From assembly GCF_009914755.1 (NCBI RefSeq), contig NC_060925.1: a stretch of 64,000 bases of DNA, one strand, 5' to 3'. This DNA is from the human T2T-CHM13v2.0 reference genome, Homo sapiens. The notes beneath the pieces were generated by a model, which was given only the letters and a program-made list of their open reading frames with translations, did no database searches and was not told the origin of the DNA. Made by a program: the position numbers and the translations under genes. How positions within the stretch are numbered: the stretch's first letter is position 1; every line of letters starts with the position of its first letter. This document shows, piece by piece, positions 1 through 11,700 of this stretch.

Positions 1-739
1 ATAAGATGAGGAAAAGAAACACAACAAATTCAGCCCTGCTCAGCCACGTGGTCCAGCCCACACAGGTCTGTGCTACATATAAACTTGTGGCTCCTTGTTT
101 AGCCTCACCCCTGAACTGCAGGATGATTCCCCAGCAACTCATTTAATCTTTCTTTACTGCAGTTTCTTTATCACTAAAACGCGATGTTTGAAGACCATGG
201 CTGAAGTAGCCAAATAATATTATCCAATTAAAGTGAAAAGCACCATATAAATGCTACAGAGGCTAAGACTTAAATAGCCACATATGGTTTGGGGAAAAGC
301 ACTCCAGTGCATCAGCTAGCAGTAAAAACATGCAGGAGCGAAATGATCTGGCTGGAAATGAACTGCAAATTGATAAACATTTAGTTGCTAATGCAGTGTT
401 TATTATTTTTTACTAGGATAAAAATTAACTTGTGCGGCCTTAGCCAGCAAACACACTGAACTCTACCATCTGGGTAGTGGAATCGGTATTTCTGTAGCCT
501 CGGGTTACAGGTGACTGTTGCCAGATTTGATTTTATTGGCAAATAGGTCCTGGTGTGTCCGGACAACAGAACCGCGGGATGCTTCTGGAAGCACAAACAC
601 GCCAGCGCACCAAAGGGTAACATTCGAGAGGGAGCTTAGGGCCACCCTCAACCAGACTCAGAATCCTGTATTTCCCAAAAAGAGGTTGCTACTTGTGTTG
701 AAGAATCGCCTTTAGCCTTCGAAATCAGCCAGGGCTGCA

Positions 740-960
740 AGGCGACGACCTCTCGAGGAACCGGGGGTTCGGGCAGCGGGGGATGGGGGGCGCCTGGAGC
801 TGGGAATGGGACGCAGGGGGCGGACGCCGGCGGGACCACGTGACAGCGCCAGCAGCGGCCGCAGCTGCCCCAGCTGCAGACGCCGCCGTCCTCTCCCCGG
901 GGCCGTTTTCCATGAGCTTTGCAAGCAGCTGGATCAATTTACTCGAGCCACAGCGCCCTA
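740..960. promoter_or_regulatory. Small CpG-rich element (orphan CpG-island-like promoter/enhancer)
   Basis: Dense CpGs and high GC in otherwise CpG-depleted DNA; GC-box GGGGCGG at ~817-823; E-box CACGTGAC at 837-844; G-run cluster at 763-790. Confidence 0.65.
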
Positions 961-1229
961 CACAAGCACGGTCTGAATTATTACTCATGGAAATCCCCTC
1001 TGTTTCATGGAATCAGGTAGCTTTCAAACTCCCAACAATTAATGGCCCTTTTGGTCAAAGGAGAATAGCAAAAAAATAAAACAACCCCCGCCCCAACCCA
1101 CCCCCCAGAAAAACCCAACCCAGACTGCCAGGCTGAGGGCTTCTAAACAGTCCGTTTGGTTTCTAGTAAATTAGAGAGAGTGGGTGGTTGAGGTACAAGT
1201 AATGCTATCCTGTAGAGTGTGGTCTTCTT

Positions 1230-1237
1230 TGACGTCA
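1230..1237. promoter_or_regulatory. Full palindromic CRE (TGACGTCA)
   Basis: Exact CREB/ATF consensus with retained CpG, ~300 bp from the CpG-rich element; function untested. Confidence 0.35.
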
Positions 1238-1786
1238 GCAAAATGTTTCTCTCGCGTTTCTGCTTCTTTCCCTCTCTCCCTCCTTTTCCCTCTCCACCCT
1301 CCTCCTTCCCTCTTTATGTCAAAGAGACAGATGACATAGGGTAACTGTGGAAATGTGCTCATAGTTTTGCAACATAGCTCACAGGCTCAGAAAAATTCCC
1401 ACATTTTAAAAAATGAAGAGTATTGTGGGAGGTGGGTAAATTGGCAACACAAAAATACATGCTACCCAGGAAAGGAAGGGGGAAAGGCTGCTGGGAAGTG
1501 CAGTCACCACCACTGGCGGTATGGTCTTCCCTCCATCCTGCCCGGTTAGCAGCTCTGTCTGAGGGAACATTCTTCCTGTGGCGAAGAACACATTCTTGCT
1601 CCAGCTGGCCTGAAATCGGATCCTGGAGAGCATGCGCCCTGCTCCCTGGCTACTGTATTTGTGGGACCCATCCCGGACTGCTGAGCCAGGATTTCTGTTG
1701 GCTCTGCTCCCCCTCACCCCCCTTCAGCTAGAGTTGTTTTTCTCTACTCATCAAAGGCAGCAACAGCTGCCCCCATGGGTTAGCAT

Positions 1787-1801
1787 AGAACTTTCTAGAA
1801 T
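1787..1801. promoter_or_regulatory. Perfect three-unit heat-shock element
   Basis: AGAAC-TTTCT-AGAAT fits nGAAnnTTCnnGAAn. Confidence 0.3.
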
Positions 1802-2486
1802 AAGGATTCCAAGTCTAGGCAAACATTTGTAACCTGACCCTGCAGTACTTTTGTTTCCCCTTCAAATTGCTTTTGTCAGCCCCACTGTTTCAACAGGGGC
1901 AGCCGTGGACACCCTAGGGGTCTGGCCCGACAGTCACAGGGTGAGGATTGGTGGAGTGGGCCACTCCCTTTGTGGCTGTGAATTGCCATTTGGTCTCTAG
2001 AGTAATGTGACTCTCACATTCTTTGCCCAGGCAGCTCTTTAAAAGCAGGAATCTATCCTGACCTCGCGGGTTCTGACGTGCTGACTGCAAGTGTGGTTTC
2101 AGGCAGGCAGAGAAAGGAGCGGGGCCCAGAGTACACATAGGCCTGGTTTTCTCCATGTGGGGTGTACTGGCTTCCCCCTCATCCCTTCCCTGATCTAGAC
2201 AGCAAGGGCATCAGAGAACCTTAGAACAGGGAGTACTTTGTAAACCAAAGCCTCTAAATGCTGCAGACACCAGGTTCATATGAAAAGCATATCTGCCATG
2301 GAAAAAATACATGCACGAGAAAATGGAGCAAGGTCACATGAATCTACTCAGAAATGAGACCTGGAACCTGAAAAAGAACCTCTGTGTCTGTGTGTGCTTG
2401 TGTGTGTGTGTGTATTGGGGGAGGGATAGGTGCATAGCAGCATCATAAGCAGATAACATAAGAGCACAGCACACAGTAGATATTTA

Positions 2487-2565
2487 TTAGGTTGTGCAAA
2501 AGTAATTGCGGTTTTTGCCACTAAAGGTAATGGTGAGAACCGCGATTACTTTCACACCAGTGTAA
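2487..2565 (+). mobile_element. MADE1 (Hsmar1-derived MITE), copy 1
   Basis: TTAGGTTGTGCAAAAGTAATTGCGGTTTTTGCCA...CCGCGATTACTTTCACACCAGTGTAA; ~80-bp palindrome flanked by TA. Confidence 0.9.
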
Positions 2566-2883
2566 TAAGGATTGGGCGGATGAACAAATGAGCAAGTGAA
2601 TGAATTACAGGAATGAATTGGTTTAGAAAACAAAGCAAAAAGGAGCTGAAACTTTCTCAGGGGTGGATGGGGGTAGAGCTGCTGGATCAGTTTGGAAGAG
2701 AACAGACTTCTAAAGTGTAAACTTTAGAGCACTTTGTAAACCAAAGCTTCTAAATGCTGTAAATGCTGCAGACACCAGGTTCATGTGAAAAGCGTATCTG
2801 CCATGGAAAAAAATACACGCACGAGAAAATGGAGCAAGGTCACATGAATCTACTCAGAAATGAGACCTGGAACCTGAAAAAGA

Positions 2884-2885
<2 letters not shown>

Positions 2886-2919
<34 letters not shown>
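2886..2919 (+). repeat. (GT)n microsatellite
   Basis: Pure GT run; the paralogous site in copy 1 (~2383-2413) is interrupted. Confidence 0.9.
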
Positions 2920-2921
<2 letters not shown>

Positions 2922-2987
2922 TGGGGGAGGGATGGGTGCATAGCAGCATCATAAGCACATAAGAGCGTAGCACACAGTAGATATTTA

Positions 2988-3066
2988 TTAGGTTGTGCAA
3001 AAGTAATTGGGGTTTTTGCCACTAAAGGTAATGGTGAAAACCGTGATTACTTTCACACCAATGTAA
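2988..3066 (+). mobile_element. MADE1, copy 2 (created by the tandem duplication)
   Basis: Same element and flanks as 2487-2565. Confidence 0.9.
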
Positions 3067-4889
3067 TAAGGATTGGGCGGATGAACAAATGAGCAAGTGA
3101 ATGAATTACAGGAATGAATTGGTTTAGAAAACAAAGCAAAAAGGAGCTGAAACTTTCTCGGGGGTGGATGGGGTTGGTGCTGGATCAGTTTGGAAGAGAA
3201 CAGACTTCTAAAGTGTAAACCCAAACCAGGAGTCTGACATGATGACTGATGATAATGACACTCGGTAACGAGCTTGAACACTTGCCACGTGCTGGACACG
3301 GTGAGTGTCTGACACACATCATCTCGGCTGGTTCTCATAGCAACCCCAGGAAGTAGGAACTAGGTTAAGGGTATGTCGACTCTTTGGGGCACCAGAGAAG
3401 AAAATCCTGGACCTGAAGGGTTTAGGAAGATTTGAAGCAGATGTATCCAACCAAGAGCAACCCATGTGTAACTCCAAGCTGGCAAAGTGGGTTCTTTAGT
3501 GGCCCTGCCTGCCTAAGTCTGACCTCCACTGTAGTTTCTGCCCGCCTCGGTCACTGTTGAGAGGAGACAATTGCTCTCCTGCTGACTTACCGTGCAGAGA
3601 CCCTGAGGGGGCCGAGGGTGGAATGGCTCTGATCCCAGGCAGCAAAAGCTGGCCTAGCCACCTCCTTCCCATTGCTCCTTCCTTCCCGCAGAAACTGCGG
3701 GAGGGAAGGGAAGAATTGGCATCCCTAGGCTTCGAGGGCGGTTCTTTTGTGCTTCCGGCCCCAGCCTTACTGGGCAACCGCTGGGCTCTTGAGGAAGCAG
3801 ACTCCAGTTTTCCAGGACATTAAGGGACTGAGGTAGCCAGAGTGATGCCAACGGGCCTGTCCTTGGTGGCCTCCACGGACCTTCTCTCACCTTTATGAGA
3901 AGAGCAGGAAACTTTGGTTTGACCCAACTGAAGCGCTGGTGCCTCGCAGCAGCTCTGGTTTATTAAGGCTGAGCAGGCTCTGTTTTCAACATCGTCACAG
4001 GGATCATTTTCCTCCACCTCACGTTTCCTCTCCTGGAAATGCACCTTAGTCATTTTTTGGTCACTTCAGGGGAATTCTCCCTCCTTCATGGTCTACACCA
4101 TTGCTCTACTGAATTATTCTTTCTTCCAAACATGCTATTACAGCCCTGACACCACAGGTGTACATTTAATAAAAATAATCCTCCAGGGGCATCATTTGAA
4201 ATATCCCCCTCTCATGTAAGATGTTTCCCTGAGAGGTGGAGTGGGGTGAGGTGGGAGGGACCTTGGAGGAGGAGCTTCTGCTTGAACACAGCTCGTTGCC
4301 CTCTGATTACCAGGACAGAGTGGAGTTGGCTGTCAACTTGAGCTTCTTGCCTACTCCTCACGGACCCTGGACCCCCATGCCCATACATCCCAACAGACTG
4401 GATTCCTATTACCCACCCATGGGCATGCCATTAAAAATATGGAATATGAATAAGCTCCAGAACGCACTGGACTCTGCAACTCAGCAGGTGTGTGATCAAC
4501 CTGAACAAAAGACAGAGCCCTTAGCCACTGCCAGGTGGTTTAGCAAGGGCGTTGAGAAGCTGTTTGGCTAACAGCACACAGACCAGTCTGTGCTCCCGTG
4601 ATGGGGGCAAAGATGAAGCAGATGCCCTCGTGGCCACCTGACACAGCAAGTTGCTAGCCTCCCTAAACACACACACGCAGTCATGACCTCCAGTGTCCCT
4701 GGAAGGTGGCACGGGTAACAGCCAGTGCATGCTCTCTAGTCCTGGCCAGCTGGAGTCCAAGCCTTGGATAATAATACCTCCTTGATGGGCTAATACAGTG
4801 TTTATAGCACTTCTGGCTTCTGGTAGGCCGCTTTTTATTGTTGGCAGAAACAATGTTTACAGTGGCTTGGTGCTGAAGATCACTGCAAT

Positions 4890-5047
4890 TTATTGAGCCA
4901 TTTTTATGAGCCATGTGTGTTAAATACATTACCTCTACTCACATTAGCCGTCAAGGTAGGTATCATTATTCCTGTTTTACAAATAAGAAACCTGAGCTTA
5001 AAGCAGTTAAGTAATTTGCCCAAAGTCACATAGATAGTGGCAAAGAG
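4890..5047 (-). mobile_element. MIR
   Basis: MIR core CCTGTTTTACAAATAAGAAACCTGAGCTTAAAGCAGTTAAGTAATTTGCCCAAAGTCACATAG. Confidence 0.8.
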
Positions 5048-5184
5048 ATGGCTCCCATTAAGGTAATCCATGCCTCCTTCACGGCGCTGTGCTGGCCTGC
5101 ATGGAGAGACAGGTCCACACAAGCAGAGCCCCTACTTCAGGGCAACACAGAGTAAATCCAAGTGATTATGCAAAAGGGCGATGG

Positions 5185-5186
<2 letters not shown>

Positions 5187-5227
<41 letters not shown>

Positions 5228-5230
5228 CGC
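5187..5230 (+). repeat. (GT)16(GC)6 alternating purine-pyrimidine tract
   Basis: Read directly from the sequence. Confidence 0.9.
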
Positions 5231-8066
5231 TCACCCTCAGCTCAGGACAGCGCTTTTCAGCTGCACACAGTCTGCCAAAGGCCCATGTTCAAAACCCACC
5301 TATTGAAAAGCTTGATTCTGACCCTCAGCCCACAGCAAATGTAGGAAACAAACAAAGGGCATTCATAAAGACTAGGGTTCAATGCAAAGTTCCTGCACAT
5401 AGTAAAGCTCAATAAACCAAGCAGTCAAAACCACTGGAAAGCATCAGTAGACATTCAGGTAATGATACATTTATTTTAAGCAGTCAGAAAGGAAGAGCAA
5501 AAGGTAAAATCAGCTTCTGCATGGGTAGAGGTTTATCCTTGCCCCTTCTTCGAGATAGAGCTAACAAGCCCAAAGTGACTTGAACAAGGAGAAGGAGCCT
5601 CTTGCAGGTCACTGGCATCCATAGATAAACTGTAATGGAAGTGTGGCTATGGGGATAAGTGGGTTTTAACACATCGGCTTTGACTGGTGACAAACACTCT
5701 TTTGCTCTATATCCCTCCATACCCCCTTTAGTTCCTTGATGATAAAGACTCCCCCTTTAGCTTTTCCAGGCCACTCTTGTTGAGAAGCCAGTATTCTAGA
5801 AGTTGAAGTGGCCTTGGAGGTCATTCTTTGTTGCAGCAAACTTTCCTTGCTGAATCAGACCCCATAAAATACCAACTTATGAGTCACACACAAGTAAATG
5901 AGCCGCTATTGGGAAGAGAGATAATGGGGTGATATTTATCAGTGGCTGAATCTTAGCAAACAATGAGCATTGCCTAATCAGTGGTCATGTTCGTGTAGAT
6001 TACCTTCCAGTTCACTGCATGGTAGCTCTTGGGATGGTTTCTAACTGTCAATATTTACAGGAACCAGGCACTTAACACAGACCAAGTGGGCTGGATGTCT
6101 CCACGGATGACTCATGCCAAATGAAGCCTTTTATCTAAGGGTCACTGCTCTGAATCCTCATTGGCTAGAGCAGATTGGAAGTGATCAGGTCACTGAAAAG
6201 CTTGTACATGGCTGTGGGCTCAGTTCCGTTCTCTGGATGTACCAACATTTATGAAATGAAAGCGTAGAAGAGAGCAAGGGTTTGAACGCGTGTAGACCTG
6301 TAGTATTTGTTTGTTTTTATTGGCTAACTAGTAAATATAGCTCTGGGGCTAGGGGAAGGTGGCAGTGAGATGGCACCATGAGCCCACATCAGTCTCCATT
6401 TGCAGCAAGATTCATACCCTTGAGTGATAGGAGCCTGCATCACCCCAGACCTACCTGAGAAGGCGTCTGCGCATCAGCCAAACATGCAGACAGACACACA
6501 CCGAGGAAGGGGTGCAGCTTAGAACCCAGCAGATCACCTTGCCTGGTTATGTAAGTAAGCAGAGTAGACCTGTCTGCCCAACCAGTCCAGGTAGAAAACC
6601 TTGGCTCCGTTCAAGCATTGGGAGATAATTTCTTTGGATTTTGAAAGCTTAGGATATTCAGGAGGCACTCATCTAAAACGCAGCTAACCTCAGGAGTAGG
6701 GCACACCCTAGGTCCCATCAAATAAGAGGATTCTGCTTGGGAGTAAGCAGGGAGCAAGAGGAAGAAGGCAGGGCCGAGGGGCAGAAATGGAGGCCAGGAA
6801 AGGAAGGCACTGCAGGAGGAAGTGGGGCAGGAGAAGCTGAGCATACCCAGGCTTTGGGACACTCTTGCTGGGCTGGCCCTCAGAACATCACTGGAATAGA
6901 CATAGAAAAGAAAGGGAAGCTTGTTTTAACATCAACGTTAAATGAAGAAATGCCACGAGACTTCAGAAACACCACTATGGATATGAGGGAAAAGTGAATG
7001 TGATGTGCAAATTTCACTCCCCAGCATGCACAAAGAAGCTGATTGCAGCCACATTGGCAGTCACATCTTGGCCAAAGTCCTCTGGGGACCCAGTACTATG
7101 CAACACGGGACCCGTTGGTCAACACTGAGCTCTTGGAATCCCAGTTCCCTTTAAAATCAGCGAACTAAGCCAGGATTGCAAAACGACCAATGGGACAGGA
7201 TTATTATTGTGTTGAGTGGTGAAAAATGTCTTTGATCCAAAATGGTAGATACTGTAGAAGAACGAGGAATATTGAGTCTTCCATACTGAGCCTGTTTTAA
7301 ATGGGCTTGGCTTGTTAATAGGCGCAGCAGGTTTGAAGACTGGGGGGTGTTTCCAGAGATCCCAAGATGATTTCAGAATGAAATGAGCTGGTGATTCCTG
7401 CAGATAAAGAGATCAGAGCACACAGCCATCCTCCAGGGCCATAAATCAAAGGACAGTCCTGTAGCAATTGTGTGGAAACACAACATTGCCATCATTTTTG
7501 CACACAAAGGACAAAAAGTGACATAATTCGTGCCCCAGAGAATCATTTTATTGCAGCCTTTTCCAGCCACCATGCCCCATAAAGCTGGGACTGGCAAACA
7601 CTGGCAAACACACTGCCAGCCACACAGTCACAGCGTGTCCACAACAGCTGGGGTCCCTGTTCCCAGTCTTTCTGAGATGCACACATGCGGCTGCTTCGTC
7701 AGGCCATGTGTGTGTTCTGGCCGTGAGTGTGTATACACGTGAGCTAAAAACAAACTTGGAGAGTGGGGGACAGCCAAAAGAAAATGATGCTTCTGATTCT
7801 ATACTGAAGGGTCTCCATTCTATTCCAGAGCTTCCGTAGGGCGGCATCTGCTGGAGAGCCCTCTGTTTCATTTCCCCCTAAGTTTCTGCTTTCTGCTGAG
7901 GGTAGAGGTAAGGAGAGGCTGAGTAGGGAGGGTTTGGGAGGAGAAAATGAAGAAGAAAAGATGAGCTCGTTCCCGTTCCTCTTTTCCTGTACTTCTCTAC
8001 TTTCATCTGTAGATCATCTAGAATAACTTGCAGATGGCTATATGCTCAGTGAACGTGTTGAGAGGC

Positions 8067-8737
8067 TGTATTCATTTTCCCGGGCTGTCATAACAAAGTA
8101 CCACAGACTGGCTTAAACAACAGAACTTTACTTCTTCACGGTCTGGAGGCTGGAAGTGTGAGGTGTAGGTGCCGGCGGGGTTGGTTTCTTCTGAGGCCTC
8201 TCTTTGGCTTGGAAATGGCCATCTTCACCCCATGTCCTCAGATGGGCTTCCCTCTGTGTGTGTCTATGTCCTCATCTCCTCTTCTTAGAAGAACACCAGT
8301 CATATTGGATTAGGGCCCATCTTCGTGACCTCATTCGTACTTAATCACCTCTTTAAAGACCCTCACACTTGGCCAGGCACAGTGGCCCACACCTATAATT
8401 CCAGCAGTTTGGGATCACTGAAGTGATCACCTGAGGTCAGGAGTTCGAGACCAGACTGACCAACATGATGAAACTCAGTCTCTACTAAAAATACAAAAAT
8501 TAGCCCGGCGTGGTGGTATGTACCTGTAATCCCAGCTACTTGGGAGGCTGAGGTAGGAGAATCACTTGAACGCTTGAACCCGGGAGGCAGAGGTTGCAGT
8601 AAGCTGAGATCACGCCACTGCACTCCAGCCTGGGTAACAGAGCGAGGCTCTGTATCAAAAATTAAGTAAATAAATAAATAAAGACCTTATCACCAAATAA
8701 GGTCACATTCTGAGGTCCTGGGGGTTAGATATTCAAC
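8067..8737 (-). mobile_element. MLT1B-like MaLR LTR, split by an Alu
   Basis: TGTATT...GGGCTGTCATAACAAAGTACCACAGACTGGCTTAAACAACAGAA...CAGTCATATTGGATTAGGGCCC; resumes after the Alu with GGTCACATTCTGAGGTCCTGGGGGTTAG. Confidence 0.8.
8371..8678 (+). mobile_element. Alu (AluS-like)
   Basis: Dimeric Alu with (TAAA)n tail. Confidence 0.95.
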
Positions 8738-11700
8738 CACAACAAAAGCAGAGCAGGAAGAGATGTAAACAAATGTGCAGAGCCCTGGCAGAAGCTTGGC
8801 ACTGTGCCAGGCAGGAGAGAGAAAAAGTGGGAGAGACATTATCTCAACGTGATTGAATGATGAAATGATAGCCCTGGTGAGTGAGTGAATAGGTGGATGG
8901 ATCAATCATGAATGAATTGAATGAACATCAAAACTGCTCCCCGAATCCAGAGGACTCAACAAACTCCAGGCATACCAAGTCCAGAAGCCGAGTCCAGAGC
9001 TGACAGCCTATTCCCATCTCTATCTCCCACGGAGCTGCAGAGATCATTAGGGAACTAACGTGGCCACTGCTTCATGCCCACAGAGGCCCACCAGCTCTTT
9101 CCTAGAGCAGAACCACCGTGCAGAGAGGTGAGGCACTCCCAGATGAAATCCAGGCCTTCCCCATCTGTGAGCCCTTTCCCAAAGTGGGCTCACAGCAGCC
9201 CACAGTCACAAAGCAGAACTGAAACCCCCTACAGGCAGCATCTCAGGTCAGCTGTGCGGACAGCGCTACCTGCCACAGGCCACACCAGCTGCAGTGCGGT
9301 GACGGGTGGTGTTCTATGCCTGGGATAGTGTCACCCTGCCAAATGAGAGTGAAAGTCTCCACATCCTCCACGCCATCCCCTCAAAACACTCCCGGTGCCC
9401 GAAACTGTACCCCTAAGTAAGGAAGCCAAATTAGAGGAACAGAGAGGGAACATGCCCCTGAGCTTTCTCATCAGTGCATTCTTCCACGCACTGCAGATAA
9501 TTCAGCTACGTCACTCAATTATGATTGTCTGTGCTGTGAGTGTTTACTTAATCAATCTTCAAAGAGCTTTCCAGATGGGTGTTTTGGTGACTAAATCAAG
9601 GTCAGAGTTCCTCCTGCAATCAAGCAGAGGCAGCAGGGGGCAGGCCCAGCTGACAGTCATCTGATCTCCGCAGCTGTGCACAAACTTTGAACCAGTCCAG
9701 TGTCTCTTTCAGGCTCCCCATGAACCCCAGTCCTTAGTCCACTCCTGAATTGCAACAACACACAACACAAATGCACACAGCGATGCCTCCCTTTCTTGGA
9801 TGACTCTTTTATATCATGTTCCTGCACATTCTCCCTCCAGTCCAAACATAAGCAAGTTGCACAGCGTATCCATGAATCTTTCCTTTATTACAGAATCTGC
9901 ACTCCAAAAGCACTGGCTTGGTATTTCCTCTGCCCCGGTAGGGATTTTTATGGGGTTTTTATTTGGTTTCATTTTTGCCATGCTTCTGAGAATGGTTCTT
10001 TTGTTCTTCCTTCACTCACCGCTTAGATCCTCCAAGGCATTCCACTCAGAAAATCACACGGCTGCTGCCCCCACTCCAAAAAAAGGGAGCTGAGAAAAAC
10101 CCCCATTTTCCTATGGATTTTCAAGCCAAAAAACAATGGGCTCTGTGGACAGATGTCACCCCTCCCCCAGGCCATGCCCCTCACTGCCAGGCAGGGGAAG
10201 CAGAGGCGAAGGAGGAGGGCCCACTGCGCCCTAGGACTTGGGAATAGCTCTCAGCACCACGGTGGTGGGCTCCATTGTATGTCTTCCAGGACAGGGGCCC
10301 CTTCTTCTGGAAAGTACCCCCTCCCTAGCACAAATCAGAGTCCAGATGTGAGCAGGCATCAGTTCAGCTCTTCCCAAGCCGCAGTGTTTGAGCCAATGAT
10401 GGTCACCTGGCCCCAGTGAAGGCCGTGAAGGCCCCTCTCTGTCCCTTTCTGGCAGTGAAGTCATGAGGTACAATAAGCAAAAGCTGCCATCGTGCACATT
10501 ACCTGCCATAGAGAGGAAGCTTAGCAAAGAGATTTAGATCAGTATTCAGAGGAAGTTGAGGCGTGAGAAAAGAGAGAGCACGTGGCAGTGTTGGCTCCCA
10601 GTTGCAGGTGTCCAGGGTCACACAAAGCCCCCTTTTAAAAGCCCAGGCTGGTTTGACTTGCATTTCTCTCTCTAGAAGCTCTCAAGTCCTTGTTGAATAT
10701 GGCAGTGACTGGATGCTGGCCATCCTACCTGAACTAGACCAGCCGAGCCTCTGCTCTGGCCAAGCAAATGGGAGGAGATGGAGGGAGAAAAGAGGAAATG
10801 GGAGAGACTGGGCCGGAAGAAGAACCCCTGTCCAAGGTGATGGAGGGCGTCGGAACACAGAACACCTGTAGCAGTTTTGCAGAGGGCTTCCAATTCTTTA
10901 TCAAGCCTGCACCCCACTCTTAGGTTATACAGTCTTAGGCACAAGCAATTATCTGAATAATTGGAGTGTTTCTTAGAAGAGGTTTTAGGTGTCAGCAGCG
11001 ATGTCTGTTCAGACGGCACACTAGTGACAGATCCTTGGAAAACTCCATGCTCTAGAAGAAAAAGCCAATCCTGACTTTTCACTTCGGAATGTCTCAGCTC
11101 CCCACCTGACCCTCTCCTATCGTATCATTGGCTAAATAGACAAAGGGACCACAAGAAAACTACCTCCTCCTTCAACTGCCTCCTCCATCAGTCTAGCGCC
11201 TGCCTAGGTGGAGCCCCTGAGAACTATGCTGCTCCCCCAAATGCAACTCCCACAAAGGAGGGAGCTCTTGAGGCAGGCACAGATCCAGGATTTGCCTCGG
11301 CTCTCTATGTCACTAGCCTCTCTCAGCTGAAACCACAGGAAGGCCTCAGGTCAGAAGGCTTACCCAATGTGAAGCAAGGTCATAGGGTCCAGCTGAGCCC
11401 CCTCACTCATCCAAAGGGGTCAAGGGAGGGCCAGCGGCTACAAGGGGTCAGAGCCTCAGGTTTGACTCCAAGTTCAAAGAATCTAGCTAAAGCCACACTG
11501 TGCCCCCTGGCACCACCCTCAGAAACAGATCCAATCCTGAGTCAGAGAGGAAGCAGACACTCACTGAATCACGCATCCACTTCCTCCTACCCACAGCCGC
11601 TCAGCCAAGACCAGCAGCCGCTTCCAAGGGACAAATTAGTGACTGACACTCGGAAAAGTTGATGCTGTAAAGGAGAGCAAGCAGGGCGCCACGCACGCGG

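Larger units (their letters stand above)
2231..3220 (+). repeat. Direct tandem duplication, ~0.5-kb unit x2
   Basis: 2231-2722 and 2727-3220 align end to end (e.g. GCACGAGAAAATGGAGCAAGGTCACATGAATCTACTCAGAAATGAGACC in both), with scattered substitutions and small indels. Confidence 0.95.

Noticed and set aside
648-1079. Ala/Pro/Gly-rich ORFs over the CpG element
   Set aside because: Expected from GC-rich sequence with few stop codons; no homology recognised.
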